A stretch of DNA of 64,000 bases, taken from NCBI GenBank assembly GCA_040954595.2, contig CM082592.2, positions 3,302,735-3,366,734 on the forward strand, written 5' to 3'. Shown here in pieces: positions 28,586 to 41,739 of this stretch; position 1 is the stretch's first letter; every line of letters starts with the position of its first letter. This DNA comes from Balanoglossus misakiensis (lineage: Eukaryota; Animalia; Hemichordata). Made by a program: the position numbers and the translations under genes. The notes beneath the pieces were generated by a model. That model did not search any database. It saw only the letters and a program-made list of their open reading frames with translations, and was not told the origin of the DNA.

Positions 28586-31500
28586 ATTACATGTATACCC
28601 TAAAACACGGTCACTACACAACGTATTTCTCCATCTAATCACGAGAAATTTTGACAGAAGAAGAGGACGCTTACTTCACGTCAGATTTCGCTTCTCCAGT
28701 ATGCCTTACTTACGTTTTGGACTCTGTACGTCCGCGGACAATAAATGTACGAACACAATAAACGATTACAACGAAGTCTCGATAAAAAAATGATTCACCA
28801 CGCAGGCGAGCCTGCACGTGTGATAAAACAATACCGCTGCTGTGGACGCTGGGAGACAAGGTTGTCGTTCACTCGGGCACAAAGAAAAGAATGTAGAAAA
28901 AGTTTGTATGATTGGCGTGCCACGGAGGACAACTGAAACTCAGCAAGGGGTGACTCAACGGGCTTTCCACTGTAACTATAAGAAACAAGGCTGATGTAAT
29001 TCTTCGTACATTACGTCTATAGGTATTGTCAAAAATCTAGCGACGGCGGCATGAATAAAAGCCTGTCGATCAGACAGCGTCGTGTATGGTGCTGTAGTGG
29101 CCGCGCCATTATTAATGAGAAGCACGGCTTGTTGATTGGTCAACTTGCGGTCACTCCTTGCTGTCGTGATTATACTTACCTGTTTTTTTATTGGCGCGTA
29201 AATGCACTGCTGCGTACTTTGTACAATGATAGCGAGCAGTCATTTACCCCGGTGACTTGGTTGAGCCCAGAAGTCTCCGTCTTCCGAGAAAACGCCAGCT
29301 TCCAATCTGGGGGGCTATAAACATTTATGTTTTCCTCGCAGGAGTCACTTTGGCCACTAAAAGTACACGCTTGAAAACCGTGCATATGTCGCAGAGTGTA
29401 CATCCTCGCCCATTCATCTGTTAAGGTCGGCCCATCGCCTGGAACCAACAGAGGTAGGTTTGCCAAGATTTTTTTTTATCAGTAACGCGTCGGGCGCAAG
29501 TGTTGTGACATTGTCGTTTCGCAATTTTGCGGGTTTTTTTAAAAGGCAAATACCAGTCCAGGAACTTTCTAATCTTGTATGCAGTGTTATTATCCCTGGG
29601 TTGAATTCTGTGCTTAGATTAGCCGAACGGAAACGGAAGTTGTGTGAGCACGTCCGTGTGGGGGAGCGGGGTTATTCATCATTTAAACACTGACGAATAA
29701 GTTTACTCCCAAGGTCACCACTTCGCTTGCGTTGACAATTTTTTTGTCTCAACTATAAAAAATTGTATTCTTTAGATTTTGAAAGTCTTTTCTTTTCTTG
29801 TTAGTCTAACCCGGACCGTTCCACCTTGTTTGAGAGAGCGCAGCTAGTGCAGTTCGGTCACCTAATAGATGCAAATTTAGCTGCAGTTACCATGGTAAAT
29901 TGGTATGCAGCCAATCAGATTTTCAGTCGGTGGCACATGCGAAAAAAAGAGTGATATTTTCGAAGAAAAGTAAATTCTTAAGCTACTTTGTACTTGTTGC
30001 GGTGTATGGTACACTAACAAATGGCTTTACATTTCATGGCGTCTTGGTTTACAACGTCAAACCGAAAACAACCACTTTTTAAGCAGGATGAATGTGCGTC
30101 TGCGTATAATCTACTGTTCTTGCCTCGTCATAAGACAAAGTCATTTCACTGATTTGCATCTATAGAGGGACCCTGGGAAAGTTTGCACTCCAGTAAGAAC
30201 CGGTATGGACCGGTTTGCCCAGGTCACAGTCTGGTGAAGTTCACCTAGGCCCGAACTACTTCTTCCACTCTTTCAGCCGGATTACTTAGGCAAACAAAAG
30301 CGGCTGTGTGAAGAGGCAGTTTCCGTTTTATTGTTGTCGCACTAGTTGTCGTTGGTTTTGAATGTTTGTGTGGTGCCGATGGAAAGCACTTGTTTTCATT
30401 TGAAACATATATTTATCAAGTTATTTCAAAAGTCGCGCGCTTTTGACACTGCATTGTAGTGATATATTCCTACGCCATGTGGCAATGAAACTAGCTAGAT
30501 CTCAGACTGAAGTTGATTTTCAGTGTTTTAGATGTGAGAAGTGGAAAAAACAAAGACCCAGCAACTCTACATACTCCAACCGGATATCAAGTACTCATAC
30601 TGATTTTAATTTGCTATATATGCATAATCTTACAGCCCAAATATGGTCAAATAGACCACCGCAGCAAAAGACCAGTTTCCTCTTGCGTCTGGAAAATACA
30701 TCACAGTTTCAGACTGTAATTTAATATAGCATACCATCCAGCAGTTGTATGCGGTAGTGTCAAACAATGGGATTTTTTTCAGGCTGAATTTCACTACATT
30801 ACCCCCCGGTGGATATGTTCATGCACTTTCACTTTGCCTTCAATTGCATCTGAAAAATAAAATTGTGGCAAATGACTAATAATTAAGGGAATGGCCAAAG
30901 TAACCAAATAATGGGAAAAGAATATTTGAAGGAAAGGTTGTTGGAAAACTGGAAAATAATGTGTTCGGCTTAAATTACTTCACTGTTGCAGTGTCTCTTT
31001 CGTTTTGTGATATGTATATTAAATGAGCATTACCTGTGCCGTTTGACTAGCTTTAGTTTATTTGTCCTTTGTATTAATTACAAACTCTCATTCTGCTCCC
31101 ACTAGAATGCAAAACTGAATTTTAGTCCGGACTTCGAAAATACTGAAAATAAATCACCGTGATTCACGTCAAATTTCCGTTTCCAAAAATCAAGCAGTAA
31201 ACTTGGATATGGTTGTTTCATCAATAGGGGGAGAGGGAGGGGAGAGAGACGGGGAGAGGGGGAGAGAGAGCGGGGAAGAGAGAGATTATGCGTGCGCATC
31301 TGCAGAATCGACTCATTGGCGAGAAAACTCCCTCCAGCGATTGGAAGTACTGCACCTTTATTGTATTAGTCAGGAGGGTTTACCTATTGTATCATGACAT
31401 GTACGTGTAGAGTTGAGACTGGAGGTGTAACTTCTCATGTACAACACATAGACGGGTATATCTCAAGTTACTGTCGTAGGTAACACACTGTGAAACAACT

Positions 31501-31676
31501 TCGGTTAGGGATGGATTAGTATCTAAAGTGATCAATGTGTTTAATTTTCCAAGCGTGCTCCCAACTTGTGTGAAAAGTGTGCTGCTCAAAGGCTTGTGTC
31601 AGTGACCTTCACTCTTAAAATGTTGACACCCCCTGGCCCTGGGCGTGACCATTTCAGCATTTTCACGTTACAGACC

Positions 31677-32050
31677 ATGGATCCAGACTCGGATGACGCC
31701 ATTGCAGTCGTGGGGGTGGCCTGCAAGTTCCCTGGTGCGAACGACATCGATGAGTTCTGGCGGGTCTTGGTGAACGGGGAAAACCACGTGATTGAAATAC
31801 CGAAGGACAGATGGAACAGCGACGCTTTCTACAGCAGCGACAAAAGCGCTACAGGCAAATCTTACGTCAAACATGCAGGATTTATCGACAGGTATATTTG
31901 ACTGTGGAATCTGGGTAATATAGGTGAAGTTGACGATTTCGCTGTTGAATAGTCCTTCATCAACTGGTGAGAGGTTGATTTAGAGAAATGTCTGGAGATG
32001 TAGGGGCTGGTAGTCGTACTTATAGTGGTAGTTGTGGACACAAGCTTACG

Positions 32051-32106
<56 letters not shown>

Positions 32107-35100
32107 ACTGATTATTCCGGGAACTAAAACCCTAAATGTCAACCAAATCCTATTTCCCCATTCCCTCTCGTATCTTGACTTCTGGGTATGATTAACGTTT
32201 AATGCATTGTCTCCAAACACTAGGTTGAACGAATGGGACAATCGATTCTTTCAAATCAACGACGATGAAGCAGCGCGGATGGATCCTCAGCAGTACGTTC
32301 TACTTGAATGCACCTACCGAGCTTTGGAAAATGGCGGGTTTCCAGTGGACAAGGTATCTGGGATGGAAGTCGGTTGCTATATTGGTGAGTCTTCGTTTGG
32401 TCTTCGTTTGATCTCGACGATCTCTAACGATGCCCTTGGAACCCATATGACACAAGTGTGCACCACATGAGTTACTTAAGAACACGGCTATCCTATTCTG
32501 AGTGGGCCATCGTCGTAAACTGAGGTTTAGGTGGGGCACCGCATTTTAATACACTGTGAGTTGGATTTTGATTTGTTTGGGTCCTATTTGAAGGGTTGAA
32601 TACCGACCACATGAAATAAATGTAGCAATGGTTTCAAAGGGGAAGTGATACGCATAAGCCGGGTAGGCCTATGCGTGACCCTACCCCCTTTGTGCATTCA
32701 GTTAACATTCCTCACAAAGAACCGAGATCTACAATGAAGGTCTTTGCTTCTTTAGAACACCTATTAGTGTGAGATTATGGTAGTCTGAGTAATGGCATGG
32801 TTAACAAGGCAGCCTTCTCTGGTCTATGCCCTACTGCTTTATAGGTGTGATGTCGAATGACTATGGAAATCTGATCAGCGCAGACGTGAAAGAGCGGGAC
32901 AATTACACAGTGACTGGAGCGGCAATATCTATCATAGCCAACCGACTGTCTTTCGCCCTAAACTTGACGGGGCCGTCACTCTGTGTGGATACAGCCTGTT
33001 CATCTTCCCTAATGGGTATTCACCTCGGTAGTCAAGGGATACGTTCAGGTGGGTACAGCAACAAGGAATGGAAATAAATACATTTTCCAGCATTAACTTC
33101 TTTATTCAATCCAAAATTTGTAAATTATGATTTTTAAATATAGTTTGAGTATTACCAATCGTTGTACAGCATATACTGAACACTATCAAAATTATGCTTG
33201 TAATTATAGGAGATTGTGAAATGGCCATCTGTGGTGGCGTGAACATTCTTCTGGATCCAAAAACGTTCATAAGCTTATGCAGGGCAAACATGGTATCTCC
33301 AACTGGTCTGTGCCAGCCATTCTCTGCCAATGCTGATGGCTATGCAAGAGGGGAAGGTTGTGGAGTTGTTATTTTGAAATCTCTGCGAAAGGTAGATGGC
33401 GGTAATGTTCTAGTTACTTTGCAATCAGTCTGAGCATAGGCAGTAGACTGCATGTTCTAGTACTTTGCAACCAGTAGGCAGTAGACTGATTTGGTCTGAG
33501 TCACAGTGAATCAACATGAATACAATTGAGTACTTTATATTGACTATTTGAGGAATGGCAACTTTTCATATGAAACTAACGTTTATAAACATGTATTTAA
33601 TACTGTGAAGTGTGCAGAAATCCCGCCAAAAATGTGTCGGTCCAATGTCCACTTCCTGTAATTGTTACAAGTTTGCTTTGGTAATTTTCAGCTAAAATGT
33701 ATCATCTATTTTCCATTCAATAACTAGGCCATAAGCGATGGTGACAGAATTTGGGGAATCATTGGAACTGGCTGCAACCAGGATGGTCACTTTGCTACAC
33801 CCATAACGGCCCCTTCTTCCAAACAACAGGAACAGCTTCTACACAAAGTTTACACTAAATATAACGTTGACCCTTGTGACGTGACTTACATCGAGGCACA
33901 TGGTACTGGCACACCTGTAGGGGACCCCATTGAGGCATCGTCCCTGGGCAACTTCATAGGCAAAGCTCGAAAGCCCGGGGCTTCACCCTGCTACATGGGA
34001 TCGGTGAAAAGCAACATTGCTCACCTGGAGTCTGCAGCTGGTGTCGCTGGGTTGATCAAAGTGCTTCTGATGATCAAGAACCGAACGATCGCGCCGACCA
34101 TTCATTTCGACAAACCAAACAGCCGAATAGACTTGCAAGACATCCAGTTACAAATCCCAACGAGGGTCTCGGCATGGGAGACAGAGGATGGCCGTGGTCG
34201 ATTAGCCTGTGTGAATTCGTTTGGTTTTGGTGGTTCGAATGCCCACGCTATCGTGAGAGAATACGTCGACCCGAGAGAAAGCAAACCAATACTCTACCCA
34301 GTCATCGCCATCTCAGCCAAATCCAAGGCATCCATGAAGTTGAGCTTGCAGAATCTGAAGAATGTACTGAAGAACAGGACAAATGATTTGATAGATGACC
34401 TGTCGTACACATCCACTGTGCGGCGGGCGCACTATAGAAATTACCGATTCGCCACGTACGGAACCAGCAGCGCGAGTATATGCCAGATTTTGGAAAAGGA
34501 AGAGAACGCAATAGACAGCAAACAGCCGCTCAATACTGTCAGACCAAGGCGAATCATCTTTGTCTTTCCTGGAATGGGCACAGACTGGGAGGGGATGGGC
34601 CATGACCTGTTTACCAAAGAAGCAAGCTTCAGAGTAGTTATAGAAGAAATTGATGGACTGCTGTCAAAATACACTGATCAGTCCCTTGTAGATGTTATCG
34701 CACACGGAGGAATGGCACTGGGCGCCATGAAACAGGTAGCGATATTTGCTATCGAAGTGGCTCTTCACCACCTGTGGGTATCATGGGGTATCAGACCAGA
34801 TGCTATGATCGGTCACTCAGTTGGTGAGGTTGCGGCAGCATATGCAGCGGGGAAGCTAGACCTCCCAACCGCAGTCAAGATAATATTCTACAGGAGTCAG
34901 TTTCTGCAGACAGTGTCAGGAGGAGGAATGGCTGCTGTGGGCAACACATCTGCCGAGAAAGTCGATGAATATTGCCAAGCTGTAGACAGACGGGTGGAAA
35001 TTGCCGCCAATAACTCACCCACGTCTTTCACACTATCCGGAGATGAAGATGCCATCACTGTAATCGAAAATCTGATTGCAAATGAAAACCAACAAGAGGG

Positions 35101-38100
35101 CATGGACATATTTTTCCGTCGACTCAACGTATCCACAGCATTTCACTCACACCACGTGCAGCCGATATGCAATGACTTCCTCAACTCGATAAATCCTCTG
35201 GAGACACCGGACAATGGCGAATTTGTGGAGATTTACTCCACCGTGACAGGAAAAATTGCCACAGAGAGTGACTTCAATAATTGCCACTACTGGAAACGAA
35301 ATATAAGACAGCCAGTTCGTTTCTTCAAGGCCATGGAAGCTGCACTCAGAGAGGACACGGAGAATATCGTCGTAGAAGTTGGACCCAAACCAGCACTGCA
35401 AAGGAACATCAGAGAAATAGCTTCTGACTACAGCTGTACAGTGCTGACGTCTATGAGAGAAAATAATGGCCATGCTACTATGTTGGACGCTCTCTGCCAG
35501 CTCTACCAACTGGGTGTCCAAGTAGACTGGGACTCGTACCACAAACAAGCGCAACGAGTTCCAATAGATCAGCCAGTCTATCAGTTCAACAGAGGCAAAC
35601 ATTGGTATGAACCAGAACCCTCCCGGCAGTATAGGATGGGGATTAGCACAGACAGTCAGGTAAACTATCAGTTTGTGTCCAGAGTTTCAGCTGACGAGAT
35701 GACCTACAGATGCAACATGAATAGAAGCGACTTTCCTTTTGTGTTCGACCATCGTGTCGGTGGATCTATCGTAGTACCCGGTGTTGTACACGCTGAACTG
35801 GCGCTCCAGGCATGTTTATCATCGGTAGGAAACAGAGGACAGCATTACTGTCGCTTGTCGATTGACTTCCTGAAACCACTGATGCTAACAGAAGAAAAGG
35901 ATGTCTTTGTGCGACTTGAAGCTAGAGGTGCTGACTCAGATAGTTATTCCTTCAAAGTTGATTGTGGGGAGATAACAACAGCTGAAGGTCATGTCACTGT
36001 GAGCTTAAAGACGGACGCTGCGAGATGTCTGAACATTTCTGAGATCAAATCTCGTTGCATCGATGAGATTGAGGTGAAGAAAATCTATGATTTTCTAGGA
36101 CTCCTCGGGTTTTCATATGGCCCAGCTATACGCCCCCTATCCAAATGCTGGAAGAATGACGAAGAAGCACTTGTGATGTTGATATTGCCAGAGGAACTCT
36201 CAGACCAGTTGCCAAATACATGTATTCACCCTACAATATTCGACGGTATGCTTCAGACCACTGCCGTTGCTTCGTTCCAACCAAATCTTGACGAGAATGA
36301 TCTATCCGTGCCAGCCTTTCCCATTAAGATTGGGAATGTTGAAGTGTTTGGCAAATTTAATTCCCGTGTCTTCGTTTACACGCGGGTGATAAAGGCAACG
36401 GAGTTCTTGGTCAGTTACAATGCAATCGTCATGAACGAGTCAGGGGAAGTTGTGGCCGAATGCAGAGATATCATCACAAAGTTACTCGATGAAAATGAAA
36501 GCAAAGTTGTTGGTCAACTTACCTATGAAATGGAATGGTACGAACTTGATAGTGACAACGTCAAAACCCCGGGGCAGAAATCAGAGGTCATTGAAGCGAA
36601 CGAACAGCTTCCTTATTGCGTTATATTCGCAGACAGCAAAGGCATAGCCAAACTTCTGGCAAAGTTCGTAAGCGATCTTTCTCGTGTCATAGAATGTTCC
36701 AGTACTCACAGAAATGATGTCAATCACATCTTGCAGAGTCTACAGAAAGAGATCAGCACTTGTCGACGTATATTCTACATGTGGAGCATTGATAATGACA
36801 GGGAGAAAACCAGTGATGATGACCTGTATGACAGAATTACGTCGATATGCTGTACACTTAAATCTATTGTGAAGTTTCTTGCCCAAAACGGCGCGACATG
36901 CCCCTTGACTGTAGTAACACATGGCGTTCAAGGTACCCCTTATGGTACAGAAGGCTCTTCACTTAAGTCCCATTCTGATTTGACCGGTGCTCCTGTTTGG
37001 GGGATGATAAGATGTCTGCTCAGAGAAAGCACGTATGATGAGACAACACTGATTGACTTGAGCGAGGGCACACTGGAAGAGGTTGCAACAATGGCTTGTC
37101 TATCTTTCGAAAGTCAAGCAGTCCAGTGCTCAGAGTATGCCATATGTGGTTCTAGAGTCTTCTCGAATAGAATGAAGAGGGTGAAGATAGACGAGGGTTA
37201 TTTCAAGAAGCGTGCGATTGGTGTCCAGCCAGATGTACCAATTGAAGTGACATCCAATCTTGCAGACAGTGTCAAAACACTCAAGCTACAGTACACAGGA
37301 AAAGATGTGTCCAATATTCCTTCGGTAAAATCTGTCCGTGTCCGCATAACGAAGGCTAGGTTACATGACGCAGAGGTTTTTCACGTCACCTCAACTGGCC
37401 TGTCATTGAAAGGGCAATTACATGTACCATGGTCAAATCATATGATTGATGGGCATCCGGTCCTTGGCATTGACTTCCTTGGCGAAATTGTGTCTTCTAA
37501 CTGTAACATTCCACAAGGTACAAAGGTGCACATATGCTACCCCATGAAGATTTGTTCGGTCACGAATGTGCCAGAATCTCTTGTAGTCAAGTCAAGCGAA
37601 CTCCCGAAGTGGATACAAGGAACACCTTGTCTCTCCCTGCTAGTCATCATATGGCAAGTGCTGGTGGCCAGCGTGAATGAATACCCTAAAAGGCAGCTTA
37701 TCATTGAAGGAACCATGAAGTACACACACCTGAGTGATCTGTTTTCATCATATGCCAGGAAATGTGGTTTCAGAGAGATCCCAACTGATTATGCCAGTCA
37801 TATTGACGACAGCATAGCCAATGGCCTTGAGCCTTCGGTTTTCTTGAATCTTGGCAACCTGTCACACAGATCAAGTCAGTGGGTGTTGAATAATCTTCCC
37901 ATTGGATCAGTGTTTGTGAGTGTGATAAACGGTGCTGACCCTTCAATTCAGTGCCTGGGTACGCTGAGGCCAGATATGAAGTTCATTGCAATCAACACCA
38001 ACCAAGTGTTTCAGGCAAGACACCTTGAGAGAGTCCTCCCACAAGTCGTCAAGTGGTTGAAGAAGATGTCATCGAAACACAGACTGGAAACACTCACAGC

Positions 38101-41100
38101 AAACGAGTTCAGCACCGCCCAGTCGGAATCGAGTGCTGCGGTGCCAACCTTGGATGAAGATTCAATCTGTGTGCTATCCATGGATTTCAAAGGTCTGGTT
38201 CATGCAGATGTAGATCACCTGTTTCACAAGAACGCTTGTTACTTGGTTGTTGGAGGTGCAAAGGGCCTGGGGTTAGAGATTTGCCAGTACATGTCTGAAA
38301 GAGGTGCGGGATACATTGCAATACTCTCAAGAAGCCGCCCAGAGAAGACCAAGCCAGCTGAATTAAGCAAGGTAGAAATGAGAGGCACTAGATTGCTGTT
38401 TCTCCAAGCGGATGTGAGTGACATCAAGGCCTTGGAGGAGGCACTGCACCATCTTAGAAAGCAGTTGGGTGGCATTCCCATTAAAGGAGTTTTCCATGGT
38501 GCTGTGGTGTTGGCAGACCGTCTTTTGATAAACATGTCAGATGAGGAATTCATCACTGCAACTCGTCCAAAGATTCTTGGTGCATGGAATCTCCATCAGC
38601 TAACTAGGGATGATCCTCTGGACTACTTCGTGATGCATTCGTCTACTGTCTCAGTACTTGGCAATAGAGGGCAGGCAAATTATGGCGCTGGAAATGCATT
38701 TCTAGACCAGCTTGCACAGTACAGAAGAAGCAATGGTCTCCCTGGTCAAACCATCAATTGGAGTGCTCTAAACATCGGTGTCATAGATAGTGGTAAAGAT
38801 GTCAAGAAAATGTTGGCGAAGATGGGCTATCTACCACTGCAGGTTGCTGATATCAGAAGGTGCTTTGAATATGCCATAAAATACAATCCTCGTCAGGTCT
38901 TGTTTGGGGAGTTTCAGTGGTCGCGGATATCTCAAGATCTCCAGAGAAGTGAATTTGCACATATCAGAGGCCGTTTCGAGAATTTCATCGACACGAGGAG
39001 GAGAAATATTGATGCAGTGGTGGAAAGTACAATCCCCGAGAAAGTTATGCTTCACAGCTCAAGTCCGCATGAAACGTCTGCACATGATCTTGTCAAGGAA
39101 GACATTGCTAATGTTCTAGCTATTGAGACAGAACAGATTCTTGAAGATGTCTCCCTTGTTGCTTTGGGATTGGATTCCATGCAAGCGATGACGATGCAGA
39201 CACACCTGAAGAAGAAAAGTGGCGTCAATGTTCCAATAGCCCTCCTGTTGACAGAAACGGTGACAGTATCGAACATATCTCAATATATTGATGATCATAT
39301 TGGTACTGGTGTAACACTGAAAGAAATTGCAGCTGAAACAGTTAACAACACTTCGGATGTCATTTCTGGAAGGGTCTTCGACGATCAAGCAGGCAGATTC
39401 CACAGAACGATGGAGACACCACCAGATGCAACAAATAACATGTATGCCACGTTTTGTCTTCACGGAATCCCCACAACTGAGAAGCTATGGCGGGATTTGC
39501 TACACCACCTGATGCAGCAGCACCCTATGCTCAGAGCTAAATATCGACGAGGCACACAACCCGGAGATCCATTTGATGTCATGTACGATATTTACCCAGA
39601 CTGTCAGCCAGATGTTCGACTTCTCCCAGGTGTACGCAACGACGCCGAGGCTGTACATGCGATCAAAAATGCAAGCAGGGTACCGTTCGATTTGGAGAAT
39701 GAGTTCTCAATCAGGATCTGTCTCGCAAAGATCAATAATCTGATAACCCACATTGGCTTTATTATCAATCACATTTCTTGTGATTTCTCCTCCTTTGCGA
39801 TGCTGATGAGGGAATTCAGACACATCCTGATTGCATTGGCATCGCAGAACACAACCCAGTTGAGAGAAGTGTTTGACATCCGCCAGTATTATGCAGAACG
39901 GAGCCAAGTATATCGTTCACAGGAATCCACTTTGATGCAATACTGGCAGGAGGTATTTGAAACTCCTCTTGATTTCTTCCCTGGGAGATTTTCACTGATG
40001 ATGCAAGAACTTGTATCAGTGGAGGGGAGTTGCGTTTCCCTGGAGATCGATCAACAGATAGCAGAAAATCTCAAGGCTTTCTCACAGAAGCTAGGAATAA
40101 CCCAATTCCATGTGATGATTGCCATATACGCAATGCTGCTCCATACCTACTCCCAGTCCAACGATATAGTGGTCTGTTACCCAGTTGACATGCGGATGCA
40201 TGTCAATGCCGGCGTCGACGTCATTGGGTGTTTCATCAACAATGCCCTCTTACGAGCAAGCTTCAGGGACAAGGAAATACTGACCATAGATTTCCTGAAA
40301 GAAGTGGGAGCCATGGCTAAATCTGGAATGTATCACAGCCTCTACCCTCTACCCAGAGTTTCTCCATTCATCGAGGTGCTTGGTGGTGCAAAGGCGCCGA
40401 ACATGAACCAGCATTATATCACATGGGAGGAACATACAGCATTCCAAGAGGTCCGTGACACTGACATAGTCGATGGTGTAGAGTATGTGGACGGTGGTAT
40501 CGTCGACATCAGGCAAATGACGCGCATTGAGGTCATCAGAAACACGAACAAAGGTACACTACAACTCGAGGGTTGCTTCAATACTTCCTATCTGACCGAC
40601 CAAGAAGGACAGCAGTTTTTCAGTGATTATACAGACCTCCTGAAAACGTGTGTAAGCGAAAGCCATCTTAGCCTGAATGATGTGATTTCCAAGTACAAGT
40701 CACGCCAGGAGATTGGTAAGGTACAGGGATCTTTGGAGTCTGGTCATCGTACGGGTCAGCGGGACACAAGGCAGCCTGACCTTGGTGAATATGATGACCT
40801 GGGTGCCTTGGACGGAGACCTACCATATGATGAAAACGTCAATTTCCTCATCAGAGAGGAAGAACAACTGAAAATGTCCAAATTGGTCGAGGAAAAGCAA
40901 CACGCCTGGCCACAGTTGGAGGAAGGTAATTTGCACAGAAGCAAACTTATTTTGTAGTTAACTGCCTGGCTGATTGGCCGATTGATTGATTGACTGGCCA
41001 TCTGTCTGGTTGTCCCACTGGTTGAAGCATTGATTAATTAACTGACCAAATTTTAGAATTACAGACTGGTTGAGTGACTGATTTTACTGGCAGAATTAAC

Positions 41101-41739
41101 TAGTTGGTTAATGCGTGTCAGTGAATATTGTCCCGATTACAAAAGATGGTCTAAGATGAGTACATCAGACAGATGACGTCCATTCGATTCAACAACATGA
41201 ATATTTGTGTTTACTATTTTTGTACAGGTGTACGTCTAGCAAAGAGAACGTCCAAAGGATACAAGTACAAAACACAACTGTGTATTCAGAGATGTCCGAT
41301 CACAAGCAAGAAGTTTTTGACTTGGCAGTCAAATGGCCGAGAGAGACGAATACCTCTACACGACGTTGCTGTCATGAAAATCTACAAGTTCACAGGTGGG
41401 TAAAGCGTATGGCACATAAAGTGAGGTGGTACACTTGGACAAGCAGCACCAACTTGGCACAGTGCACAAGCATTGCGTTACAAAGGTGTTTGTTTAGATA
41501 CAGTGTAGTCCTTTCCATTCTGGTATGAGAATCTACCCTATTGCGGTTGGGCATAATTTAGTTTACCTTTATTTCATATTCATAATTTATGTAAGTAAGG
41601 CGTGAATTTTCTTCATTTCTGCATTTTAGGTTGTTGCATTTTGGAAATCAAAGCTAACAAGAGGACACTGACGTTTGAGGGTCTTGACAGTGACAAATTG
41701 CTGGCATGGGCTAACGAACTGAAAGAACGGTTATTGTGA
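31677..41739 (+). CDS. pks: Animal type I iterative polyketide synthase, KS-AT-DH-pseudoER-KR-ACP-Condensation-PH-like, ~2745 aa
   Basis: Exons 31677-31891, 32224-32384, 32845-33048, 33210-33391, 33728-40925, 41228-41395, 41630-41739 (8238 nt, frame-consistent). KS: IAVVGVACKFPGA, MDPQQ, DTACSSS, EAHGTGT, KSNIAHLESAAG, NSFGFGGSNAH. AT: VFPGMG, GHSVGE, TAFHS. DH: DHRVGGSIVVPG, HPTIFDGMLQ. KR: GGAKGLG, GQANYGAGN. ACP: LGLDSM. C domain: HPMLRAKY, PFDLE, INHISCDFSS, IGCFINNALLR. Confidence 0.95.
32051..32106 (+). repeat. (GCT)n(GAT)n microsatellite in PKS intron 1
   Basis: Direct reading. Confidence 0.9.

Noticed and set aside
29051-30724. Small ORFs between PTCHD-A and the PKS (possible tailoring enzyme; CFRCEKW motif)
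   Set aside because: No recognisable domain or coherent exon chain; more likely UTR, promoter or repeat debris.
33881-40957. PKS as a single-exon bacterial contaminant or recent horizontal transfer
   Set aside because: The KS is split by four canonical spliceosomal introns, one containing a microsatellite, and the gene is embedded among animal genes.
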